A stretch of DNA of 64,000 bases from Antedon mediterranea (lineage: Eukaryota; Animalia; Echinodermata), in the NCBI RefSeq assembly GCF_964355755.1, contig NC_092671.1, forward strand, positions 36,280,304 to 36,344,303, given 5' to 3'. Shown in pieces: positions 51,795 to 64,000 of this stretch. The stretch's first letter is position 1, and every line of letters begins with the position of its first letter. The position numbers and the translations under genes were made by a program. Below the pieces are notes generated by a model. That model had not been told where the DNA came from, ran no database searches, and saw nothing but the letters and a program-made list of their open reading frames with translations.

Positions 51795-54700
51795 CTAATA
51801 AAAAGAATCGGTTGGTTCTCTAAATGTCATCATCGGGATTGGTGTTGGGGCACCATCTTCATCGGCCATTATGAAATTTTCATTATCATTATGTTCTTCT
51901 CCCGAGGCGATATAAGCACGGAACATTTGTCTTTCTTCATAACTCGAAGTCGTCTCTTCGTGATGACTCAAAGTCGTTTCTTCTTCTTCGTAAGCTAACC
52001 TCACAGCGGACTGTGTTCTGCCACCACCAGTTTTGCTACTATCTAATTTCTCCGCATCAATCCTACGTTTTCGGTAACGACAGTACATAATGAAACAAAT
52101 CCATGTCATTAATACGACAAAGAAAAGTATTGGTATCCACAACCACCACCACCATTGATTATTTTCGTCTACGGGCTCGCATAATAAACTGTATCCCTGC
52201 TCACAGAATGCTGAAGTAGATAACTGTAGCGTTCGTTGACATAAAAACGCAAACATAGTCGCTGACACGTCCGCATGATCTAGCCTCTGTGACACTGCAA
52301 CATCTGAGATGCAGGATTCGAAGAAGAATTGCCTTGTACTGCGTAATTCATCGCACTCGGTAAACAGTATCCCCGTGTAATAGAGTTCATAGCATGTTGA
52401 CATTGCCATCGCTTCATATGTCTCATTCGTAAATTCGGGAATGTAGTTACGTCGAACAGAGATAGGAGCGTTAGACGCTATCCACATATTTGGGTTCATA
52501 ACATAACCAAGAACTTCATCTTCTTCCATTGGTAAATGCATCGTTGTATTTCCAAATCCTTCATTCAATGGAATATTCATTATAAGCCCATCATCTTCTA
52601 CCTCAGTGTGCCTGTTTATGTTAACGGCAATGTCAGAAGCAGTCCTACAATATCGCCAGAGTGAAACACTGTCTATAGTTCCCTGGAATTGATTCAACCC
52701 GATGTCAATGGACTGACCAATCACGATTGCCGTGGAGAGCCTTACGTTTACAGCCGTATAAATGTTGAATACTGTAAAAACTCTGTAGTTATGTCCGTAG
52801 CAGGACACAGAAACTCTTCCATCGAAACTTCTCCATGTCAGTGAAATAAATGTCCAGTTACCACTATCAATAACAATATCGGTTGTAATTTCTATGTCAT
52901 CAAATTTAATAAGAAGCTGGCCTCCTGCAACAAACTGTAAAACGAGTCTTGTGTCGGTTGTAAATTCTAAAAGTGTTTGCGATTCAGATGGCACCTTCTG
53001 CAGAATGAACCAGACATCCAGCGTAAATTCGTGCAGTTCCCAGACGTTGACAGAAACGAATGACAAACGTTCTTCGTAAAAACGTAACGCATAGCCAGGA
53101 GACTCAAACGTGACGTCATCAAATCTACTCTGTAGGTTATATCTATCATTATCGTCGATCTGTAATAAACGTAATACCGTTACGTCCATATACGTCTGCG
53201 AAAGAACGTCGGTTGCAAAGTTGGTACCAGTGACGTTTGCAGGGTTCAAGTCGTTAAAAGGGTCCTGATCATATGACCCAATTAACATGCCGTTAACGTG
53301 TTCAATATCGAGTTCAAATATGCAGGACATGACGTTCGCTTCAAGTACAACCAAAACACTAAAAGTGTCACTAACTGTGATGTTTATTAAATTGAGTTCA
53401 TACCAATTTATACTAATACTTCCAGTGAGCTGTTCAAACTTTCCATATGTTATTCGTGCCCACTCTTTGCCGCTGTTTTCATAAACAATCAACTCTGTTG
53501 ACGATCCGTACTCAACACTAACAGAAAGCCCAAAGGCCCCGCTTAAAATCATTAACTCCGTCATCATAAGGCAATTAATGTTTGAATTGCATTGCTGGAA
53601 TATCGCATGAACAAATACGTCTTCATATTCGAATAGTTTCGTTACTCCGGGAACACCAATACGCACACTTGCACCATCTACGGTGGTCAAATGCAATTCC
53701 CCGTAGATGATAGCGATTCCGACCGAGGGGTGTTCACCGTTAATATAACTCACAGCGCAATCATTCGCCATCCACCCAGTAGTACACACGTCACAACTGT
53801 AATTTGTAGACGATTGATTGCTAAATCCAAGCCAATGCGAGTCGCACAAACATTCGCCAGTTGTTACATTGCATGTTCCGTGTCCTGAACATGGTTTAAT
53901 AGTACCACCAGGACACGGGTGTCCACAGTCAATTCCCCAGTATCCAAACTCGCACACGCATACGTCTATATCTAATGTATCTCTCGTTCCAAAAACACAC
54001 GGAGTTGTACAGTCAACGCCAATCCAATCTGGGAAGTGCCTGCCGGGGAAGTCATTACACAAGTGCCTAGCTGGTGAGATGGTGACGTCATCAATTTCCA
54101 GAATACAAAGTTCAGCAAACGCTACGGTCGCCTCGATTGCAGCGCTGAGCTCAAGATGGAATGATATATCACGGACACATTGCAAGTAATACGCATCAAC
54201 AGTTGCCTGTCCAAAATAGCTTAGAAAACGATTTTCAACAGCAAATCCGGTTACAAAGATGGCGCTACATTTGCCAACTGCAGCATCCTCTAGTGTCTGA
54301 TTGAAGAATTGTGGGAAGTCAAGCAACGGTTGTCGTCCGAGTGGTAAATCATTATCAGCAATTCCCCACACTGGACTATTCCATTCAGGTAAATGCAATG
54401 GCGAGTTGTTTATCAAATCGTACAAACCCTTCTCTCCATTAAATAGTTTCCAGACATAAGTGAGTTCTGCTGTATCTCCCATTGCATTCAAATTCCAATT
54501 TGATACCACTATAGATGGGTTTGATCGGCGATTCCAGATTCGTATTTCATCTAATTCTCCGACAAACGGATCCGATGGAAGGATTGGTACGTCGTTTGGA
54601 TACACGCTGTGCCACTGTCCTAAAGATAAATACCCATTGGTTTCAAATGTATTTTCAGGTAAGGAAATAGCTTTAACACGACCTAATCCATTTCGATCAA

Positions 54701-57700
54701 AGATATACACTTCTAGGATAAACGTCTGTTGGTTCCAAACAATTGATATCTGGTTCCATACAAGAACTTCCAATGATATTCCAGTTTCAAATAGTTGTGT
54801 TCCCACATATATTGCAACGCCGCTTTCGATGTTTACAATGGCAAATACATGTCGAGGTGTTGCGTATGAGAGGATGACGCCGCCGTGTTGGTATACTCGT
54901 AAAGATATCTCCAAAGTGAATAAACTCGCTGGTAAATGTATTAATTCTGCAGACGAAATCGTGTAATCGTTAAAGTAGAGGCACAGTCCAGCACCTCTTA
55001 CTGGTAGCAATGAGTTATAAGATTCGAACGAAGCGTTGACGTTGAAGTTGACAACGAAACTAGCTGCATATTGATCAATGAGACTTTGAGTGACATTTTC
55101 TCGACAATGATCAGTATCAGTGATGTTACCGCGGCAATTTGCTCTTTCTATGTCGTCGACAGTATCACAAGATGTTAATAATCCACTTATGTCTACGTCA
55201 TTACAAATGTCTGATGTTGTGACGTCAAATACAATGTCTAGACGACCGCGGAAAACGGTAATTTGTATATCGAATGGCATAGACAAGATTCGTATTCTGT
55301 AAGTTATGAGATTAATACGAATAATATACATGTCCTCGTTGATGATTGTTCTGTGGTCTAAATTGAGAAGTCTGCCATCCAACCAAAAATATGGTCGATA
55401 GCTAGAGAGATCAGTTGCTGAAGCTCGTATGATTACTTGCCTTCCATATGAGTGTAGAATCACTGCGTCAAAACTATCACCAAAGTTATGTCCATTAGTA
55501 GCAATTGCTGATCTGAAGTAAATCGATGTATGTCTAGAGGTGTATAGGTTGTATACGCCGTGGATTCTCAGATAGATGGATACCCCACCAAATGTTGTTA
55601 TTTGATTCCCGCCTGTGATATACGCTACGAACCTATACGACACATGTATGCTACGATATTGATATATAAACAAGGCACAGTCATCTCCGAGCCAGTTTGT
55701 AGCACACACCGAACAAATGTGATCGCGGTGCCAGTTGATGTTACAGAAGCACTCTCCATTACTTTGGCAGACTCCATTGCTGTAACATGGAGTTATTTCG
55801 CCACCGGGGCAGGTGTTACTACATTCAGCACCCCAGTAACCATCAAGGCATATACATGTATCATCTGGAGTTGTATCCCCAAATAAGCACGTATCACACG
55901 TTTCTTGTATCCAATCTGGTAAATCAAGTTCGTCAAAAATAGAGCAGAGGAGGCTCGTACCAACAGGAACACTACCATCTATTTGTCGACAGTAGCGCGT
56001 AGAAACGGTATGTAGTACGCCATACGCAGAGTCTAATGATCCAGTTGTAGACACAACTTTCAGACAACTCATATAGTAGAATTCAATCATTCCTCGGTCC
56101 ATACTTGTACATATGTCCTCTAGCCGAATACATATTTCTACGGCCAGTCGGCTTAGTGTTTCATTATCAAATTGCTGTCCGAACGGCCAACCGTTTACTG
56201 TTGGAATATCAACATCAGAGAATATCCAGCGAGGAGGATTCCAGGAATCTGTTGGTAGGATAAGATTATTGCCATTTGCTTGCTCTGAGACTACACCTCC
56301 GCTTCCTACGTCGAATTTTATGAGCGTCACCAAGAATTCAGAATACACTGTGATATCAATATTTATATTTACTGTCTGTTGTATAAACGCAGGATAGAAT
56401 GTCGTATTCCATATACGGAATTCTTCAATTTCACCATGGAACGTATAATTCAATACAATAAATTCACTATGTGTTGTAATTACCCATTGTCCAAATGATA
56501 GTATGCCATTTTCTTCAAACCTAACAGGCTCCGTAAGCGATATCTCCGTGCTACTAAATCCAATCGTAGAAACTGTATGATAAAATTGTAAGATGTTGCC
56601 CTGGCTTATAATAACACAAGCTATGCGATTCCATTCTCCGATTATAAGTGATATTCCAGTGTCGTAACTACGCTCACCAATGATGATTTGCACCGTACCA
56701 TTTACTAAAATCGTAAATTGTGTTGTTAATCCATACGATAAAATGACTCCGTAGCTGTTCAACGGTTTTACACGGAACTCTATAGTTACATCTGTAGTAT
56801 TGATGGTAGACGAAAACGTGAATGTAAAAGGCTCTGATGTTACAGCGTTACCGTTAAAATAGAGAGAGAATATTCCACCAGTGGGTACTAGGACTTCAGT
56901 ATAGATACCGTATACGTGCACGAAAAGACTGTCTATAATAGTCACATGCCATCTGGATACGAGATAAGAGGTTAATTCTGATTGGCTTATATTTCTAGCA
57001 ACATCAAAGTCATCGTATGCAATAAGACCACCAGCATTGGCTGTAATATTGTCTGGGAAACCAGTTGAAACTTCGATGTATTGACCAACAACTTGGATGA
57101 CCACTTCAATGTCTAGATGTACCGAACTTCTAACAACGTAAACAGTTGGAGACACCACCTCTAGTATCCAGTTAGTCTGTCTTATATACAAAACATTTGT
57201 TTGTAATATTATCTCCTCTTCGTTGATCCATATTACAGCTCGTCCTCCAATTTCGTACGGAGCATGAAAAGTGAATCTTGTATCAGAATCCAATAGAAAT
57301 GCTATTGCGTTTATACAGACGGCATCACGATAACATGGGATTTGTCGAATTTGTATATCGCATTCAGAATGCCGGAAGAGATAGTATTCTCCGTATGCTG
57401 CAAAGTAGTAACTAATACCCGTAAATGTAGTGTAGTATCCATATAGCGTTGTTAATGACACATGAACGTGTTGGTAGACTACTAAACTGATGGTTAACGT
57501 GCAGTCAGCTTCATACCACTCTGGTGAACACAACGAGCAGTCGTCTGTACTGTTCCAATTCAATTCACACAAGCAGTTTCCACTTAAGTCACAGACACCA
57601 TGTCTATTACAAGGATTTTCTGAACCGCCAGGGCAAATACCTTCACATGTCTCTCCATAATAACCATCAAAACATTCGCATTTTTCATTAGCTTCCACAC

Positions 57701-60700
57701 CAAATATACAAATGCCCTTACATTGTGTACCGCGACGTAATTCAGTGGCATTTTGACAAAGTTGCCTGGCTGGCCAAGTTGTTAGGTTCAGGTTTAACTG
57801 GCAAATATCCGAATAGGCAAATGCTATCTTAAACGCCTGGTTGATGTCATTTGATACTGAAACTTCACGAAGACAGATTGTATAATACATGTTGGTCACT
57901 GCTTTGTCGATGTTTTCACAGTGGTCTGCGATTGGTGACGTCATTAAGACGGTATGACATATCCATTGTGCATGTACTTCTATAGTTATATCTGGAAATG
58001 ATGGCGTAAGTGGAGGGATTATATCTTCTGCAGAGCGAGGGGCATCGGATGAAACCCACACTGGTGGTTCCCACGGTCCTACTGGCATCTGAAGGATGTC
58101 TCCATGAATATCATCGTAAGTGTACGAGCCTTCACCCTCGTCAAACCGCCATGAACGTACAAGACCTATACTGTTCACGTTTACATGCCTTGTCCAGAAG
58201 TCGGCTATTTCTGATGGATTAAAGACTTTGTTCCACACACGGAAGTCATCAATGTCACCATTAAATGCTGGTAATGGTATCTGGTTGACAGCTGCTGAAA
58301 TCGGCTGCCATTGGCCAATGGCGAAATAACCCCGTGTTCTGAAGATTCTTGCCGTTACTGCAAAATCGCGCCGTTTAACTTCACCTGATGAAAAGATGAT
58401 ATATACTTTAAGCTTGCCAGTGTCCGAGTAAATAATCATTATTTTATTCCATAGATTAACCTCAAGAGGTATATAAGTGTCGTAAATGTCAGTTCCAATG
58501 TGAATCTTTACTGTTCCATGGACATTAAGAATAAAACTGGTATCATGTACATAAGACAATACAACACCCCCATCGTTAGAGGGATCTCCGCATCTCAATA
58601 GAAACTCAAATGTTATATCATAGCCAGTAGTGACAAACAAAACAGTGTTTTGAATATACATAACTGATCTTCTAAACTGAACGTTATAACCAGCATAGCT
58701 TTTAATAATTAAATATTGAGTGGAGGTAGATATTATGCTGTCACATGGGTCAACACCCCAATGATCTAAATAACGAGAAATATTATCAGATGATGGTGAT
58801 ATCCAATTTCCAGATGAGGAAAGACTATCTCTTGTATCCTCCATAAGGAACTTGTACTCAATATTTGAATCGAGTGGAGAGGGCGCTTGAAAAGGTAAAA
58901 TACTCGAGCAGATTCCAATTGTTGTGTTTTCATTTGGATCTAGCCAAAGATCAGGCTGGGCAGAAGTGTCATTACACAGTCCTCCAAAGAGCAGACCAGA
59001 TGCTATCTCACAAAACCAATCAGGTACTCTGGTATCAACTGTCAGATATCTACCATCCGTTCTTATGGTAAGTGAGAAACCACTTGGCCCGGTTATAAGA
59101 ATCTCATTAAATGACAACCGTCGGAAAACATAGCCTGACCCACCAAACTCCAGTAGTGTGTCAATGGATTGTGGGTAACCATTTACGGTTATTGACATTC
59201 CTCCATTGTGATGACGTGGTCCTCTAAACACTACTGATGAAAATCCTTTGTTAACAGTACCAAATCGAATGCCAATGTGTCTTATACAGGAATACTGTCC
59301 ATAGCAACGAACATAATGAGCTTGTATTACCAAATCCAGGTGGATCGTTCTAATTAGTGTGTATTCCCCAACATGGTAATGTGTAAACGTGTGTCCAGAG
59401 AATGTTGTTATCTGAGAGAAACTTCCAATTATAGATAGTCTAATATAAATGTAGATATGCAGATGTCTTGAAGAGTAGACAGTGACGCAGTCACCACCTG
59501 ACCATCCATCAGAACAACTGCTACAGTCTATCAAAGAGCCTTGCCAGTTCAACGAACAATCACAGTAACCTGTGATGACGTCACACACACCTTCATCGTT
59601 GCATGGGTTAAATGCACCACCGGGGCAAACACGATCGCAAGCAGTTCCCCAGTAGCCGATGTCACAAACACAAATGTTCCGATCTTCCGGGCTGGCATAG
59701 CCAAACGCACATTGTATGTCACAGCTGTCCCCAATCCACATTGGGAATGGAGCGCCTGTGAAGTCGTTACACAGTTGTTGAGCAGGCCAATGTGTTAGAT
59801 TTAATACAACCTGGCAGAAGTCTGAATATTCAATGACAACATCAAGGGCTGCTGCTTGACTGTTTTCAGCTGTTGTTAAAGACAGACAATCCTTGTAGAA
59901 TTCGTTTGTTAACACTTCACCAAGTGACTGGCAATAACTAGAAAAAAATTATATAAAACAATTACTGTAATATTATAGGTGCATTTAGATATCACACATA
60001 GAGGGTCACATCATGTCCATGCAGAAATATACTATGTTGTAAGCACTTATTCATCTATTTACAATTTCGAGAACTGGTACACCGGGGTAACCCCTACACT
60101 ATCAAGACAATTACTTAACTGCTGAAGTGAGTGTTTTCCAATTTAATTCAAGCAAAATTTGAAAGTGATAAAATAACTAAATTAGCTATCAACTATTGCC
60201 GAGCACTGGGACACCGGGGTAACCCATACACCATCAAGACAATTACTTAACTGCTGAAGTGAGTGTTTTCCAATTTAATTTAATTTAAAAATGATAAAAT
60301 AACTAAACTTATCTACTATACCTGTAAAGGGGTCCATCAAAGAATATGGAAAAACAGAACACCTCTTGCCAAGTATATACAGGTGCTTCTGTAGTCACTA
60401 CCACTTCTGTCTCAACTGAATGTCCCAGAGGTGCATCACTTCTCTGCCAAATATCTCGATTGTTAGGAATAGGAATGTTTGCAGGATGCAAAGGAACACT
60501 ATCATGAATAGTAGTGTCTGTAAAAATACAACAAATAATTAATAATGTATAAACAAAGCTTGTACCAGTTTACCGCAATCAAATAACTGCCAAGGTTGGC
60601 AAAAAAATTGTAAGCATTACGGTGCATGCTAAAAATGTATATACTGTGTATACAGTATGTGTGTAACTTGACTGTAGTCACATTTTACCCTGCTCCCCAG

Positions 60701-63700
60701 CTCCACACCCCACCCACCTGTACATTAACCAAACTATCTTTAAACTTTAAGTGAACAATGTGATGTGCCTATATATAGACATGATGATTTATATCATATC
60801 ACTACAATATTTGGGCATCACACTTTTTCTCAATCTAGTTTGATAGTGTTGACAGAGCTTAAGAGAGATGCTTGGTATATCCTTTACCTTCTCCTTCGTT
60901 CATTTTCCAAAGATGTACTATTCCACGTGCAGATGGTCTTGTGTCCACTCCCCAATGGTTCAGAATTTCAACATTATCAATGTATCTGAAAAATAATAAA
61001 TTAAACATAATAATCAAAATATGTAATTACAAAAATATTTCTCAATAAATTTAAATGCGTTGATCAGGACTACAAAAGGGATGTATTCTTTGCTATGCAA
61101 AATGGTTACGTTCAATTTTTTTTTTTATTTAAATTAATTTCAATTTTATCAATAGCTTGCAAATCTTCAACTTTCCACATTATAATATAAACACTAAAAT
61201 AAATAGAAAATAAACATTACATTTCCCATATTCTTATCTCATCAATCTCCCCTATTAACATATCCTTAGGCTGGAATCCACTACCATCTGGAGATGGCTG
61301 CCATCTTCCTACACAGAAGCTTCCTCCAGAAGGAAATATATCACCACCAAAGCCTGTGTAACTTCTTCGTTGAAACGAGCCATCAATATGGAACACGTAG
61401 ATCTCAAGTGTCAATGTCACTCTATTCCAAATCAGAGTCACCTGGTTCCAATAGTTCACTTCAAAGTATAAATCAGTTGTATAGTTCAGGTTTCCATAAT
61501 GTATAGTTATTTGTCCAAATTCATTAGATATGAAAAATGTTGATTTACTTGTGAATGAGAATATAGTTCCTCTACTACTGTACTTCACCATCAACTCAAA
61601 CGCAGTGTATGTAGTTTTTGGAATGTACACATCTGACACAGTTACAGATATATCAGTGATAAAAACGCAATAGCCGGCATATGTTTTCTGATATACGTAT
61701 GGAATAATATCAACATAAAATATTATATCTGCATCCACTACTACGGTATACCTGCATTTAACATGTATTATGTCCACAGAGTCAGTAGGATAAATGACGA
61801 CCAAGCCAGGGATTGAAGGTGAATTATCACCCCCTTGACATGGTGTACACGGTCCACATATTCCTTGTGTTACATTTCTACAACACGTGGTCTCTGGCAT
61901 CTCAATGTCCACAATAAGATTGTTCTTCATCACCGACACGTGGATGATTAGTTCTAAAACAGATGACGTCACTCGGTATTGGCTCGAACTCGGCTGACTA
62001 ATGGATATTGAATCAGTTGTTTGCATGCTACCATTAATAAAGACATGTTCACCATTCACATGGAGTGTAGATGCATAGGATCCATCTTGACGAATTGTTA
62101 CTGATGTCTGGCCAAATTGCATTGCTATTGCATCCAAGCAAATTCCATCACTTGTGCACACAACTTGACTAATCTGCAATTAAAAATTTCAAATTTGTAT
62201 CCAATCTGGTTTAATAATAATAATAATAATAAATTCTAAAACAATGTTATATTATTAAATAGTCAAATTGTATATACATAATCTAATAGTTCTACTTTTA
62301 CAATGGTTCATAACTATATAAGAGATTTTTACCTGTACTTTGAATGATTCAACTTCTAAGAGCGTATAAATTCCAATATCTTCAAATGTAAAGTAGTGTT
62401 CATTGAAATTCACAAACGTGCCCGATCTTGCTGAACAGACGGTAACATGGCGTTCTGGTAAGGGTAGCTCAACTAAAGCACAATCGGCTCCAGACCAACC
62501 ATGACTACACACACTACAATCAGTACTTCCTAACCAGTTGTCACTGCAATCACACCTGCCTGTTGTCACGTTACAACTACCATGATAATCACATGGTGAA
62601 AATGATCCACCATCACAGAAACCAGAGCACTGCTCACCCCAAAAGCCAGGCTCACAATTACAAACACCACTAGAGTAACTGCCAAAATAACACTCTTGGT
62701 TACAATCAGATCCTGATAATATTGGGAAGTCAGTAAAGTTGTTACAAAGAGCTCCTGCTGGCCATTCATCCAGATTGAGAACTACTTGGCATTCGCTGCT
62801 GAAATCCATTACCGCGCCAATAGCCGATGTTGCATCTCCTGTCAGTGCTGTGACATATAAACATGCGTGGTAATGATACTGAGCTGATGAAATCATAACA
62901 GAACATTCTACGCTAAGCGGACCATCATAGATGTACGAAAGGCATGTTGATATTGCGTAGTCTTGTATGTGAATGCTTGTATAATAAACTGATAGTCTGA
63001 ATGTGATATCTACGTAGATTCTTAATGGCGTGTTATACACAGTCCATATTGGAGGTCTGTATGTTGGAAATACAAGTTGTACATTGCTCACTCTGTCCAC
63101 TACAGTTGTGCCAATTCCGGTGTTGAGAGGCCAGTATATTATCAAGTTTGATTCATATCGTCTGTAAATACGGGAATAACTGATTTCAATTTCTGATGAT
63201 GAGAACCTGCGACCCCAACACGAGAAGCCAGTAATATAACCAACAAATCCACTAGATGGTCTATTGGTATAACCTCCTAATGGAGTTTGCCAGCTTCCAA
63301 AACTAATCGTTCCTCCTTCAGACGAATAAACATGTGGTCTGATATTAATATACCGCCAACTTAAGATTCCTGTAGAGTCTGATAGATATAGGTCAATCCT
63401 TCCAGTGAAACTGTTGTACACCAGTGACATCAAATACCATTGATTTGACACCAACATATCAGTTGGATAAAAGTAATCACCATCATATACATAGACAAGG
63501 CCATTTTCAAGTGAGATTGAGAAAGTTTGAGTCTTAGAGTAACTGTAGATTGTTCCGAATGAAGACGATGGTTTAAAATAGAACTGTATAGTAGTCTGTT
63601 CAACTGAGAGTAACCCATCCAAAAGAACGGAGCTGACAACACCAGATTCACTGAAAAACAAGGCATAGCCTGATGGATCTACCGGATAGTTTATGAAAAC

Positions 63701-64000
63701 TGTGCCACTGTATGCCCTAACAAAAACACTTCTGCTACTGGTGATTCTCAGAGCATTGCACACACTAATTAACAACTCTTGGCTTAATGGAAATCTTCCT
63801 GAATACACAGCAATTCCAAGATGTTTTATTGCGCATATTGGGTCATCATCGGTCGATGTACATGTTGTCTCACGCACGCTACAAGGCCCACATAATCCTA
63901 AACTTGTAGCGCAACTATTCTCAGATGTATCGATATCAATATTAATGTGGATACCGAATAAATGGATGCGTACTTCTATGTCAGATATTTTGATGTCATA
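51795..64000 (-). CDS. Giant single-pass membrane protein of repeated VWD-LamG/pentraxin-C8-EGF modules (5' end outside the window; more than 3600 aa here)
   Basis: Exons >64000 to about 62333, about 61221-62173, 60888-60985, 60322-60517 and 51795-59937. Repeated motifs ITTF.G..Y (VWD start), W..I.I.W...G.L.LGQW...F.G.IDE.RIW (LamG/pentraxin), YY..CL.D (C8), GYWG..C...CPGG...PC..HG.C....G.C.C..NW (EGF). TM WWWWLWIPILFFVVLMTWICFIMYC followed by RYRKRR. Confidence 0.9.

Noticed and set aside
52894-59798. Plus-strand and alternate-frame ORFs within the giant exon
   Set aside because: Shadow ORFs of the 2706-aa frame with no independent signals.

Overview
AT-rich, intron-rich animal genomic DNA. 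An invertebrate deuterostome such as an echinoderm is my inference from the Deu-type SINEs, the ependymin-related gene and the ColQ-like gene. All gene models were assembled by hand from splice signals and reading-frame phase; family assignments are from recalled motifs, not database searches. Left to right: the 3' end of a death-domain gene (+); a complete 17-exon INTS10 (-) containing a U12-type intron; a NEK kinase (+) head-to-head with INTS10; a ColQ-like collagen (+) with an added VWC domain and two PRAD-like polyproline tracts; an ependymin-related gene (+); a membrane-anchored JmjC gene (-) head-to-head with RPS27 (+); two small type-I membrane protein genes of no recognisable family (-); a stand-alone secreted TIL protein gene (-); and the 3' part of a giant single-pass protein (-) built from at least 6 repeats of VWD-LamG/pentraxin-C8-EGF, ending in an 8.1-kb coding exon. 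Introns and intergenic DNA carry many MITEs, tRNA-derived SINEs, minisatellites and local tandem duplications.
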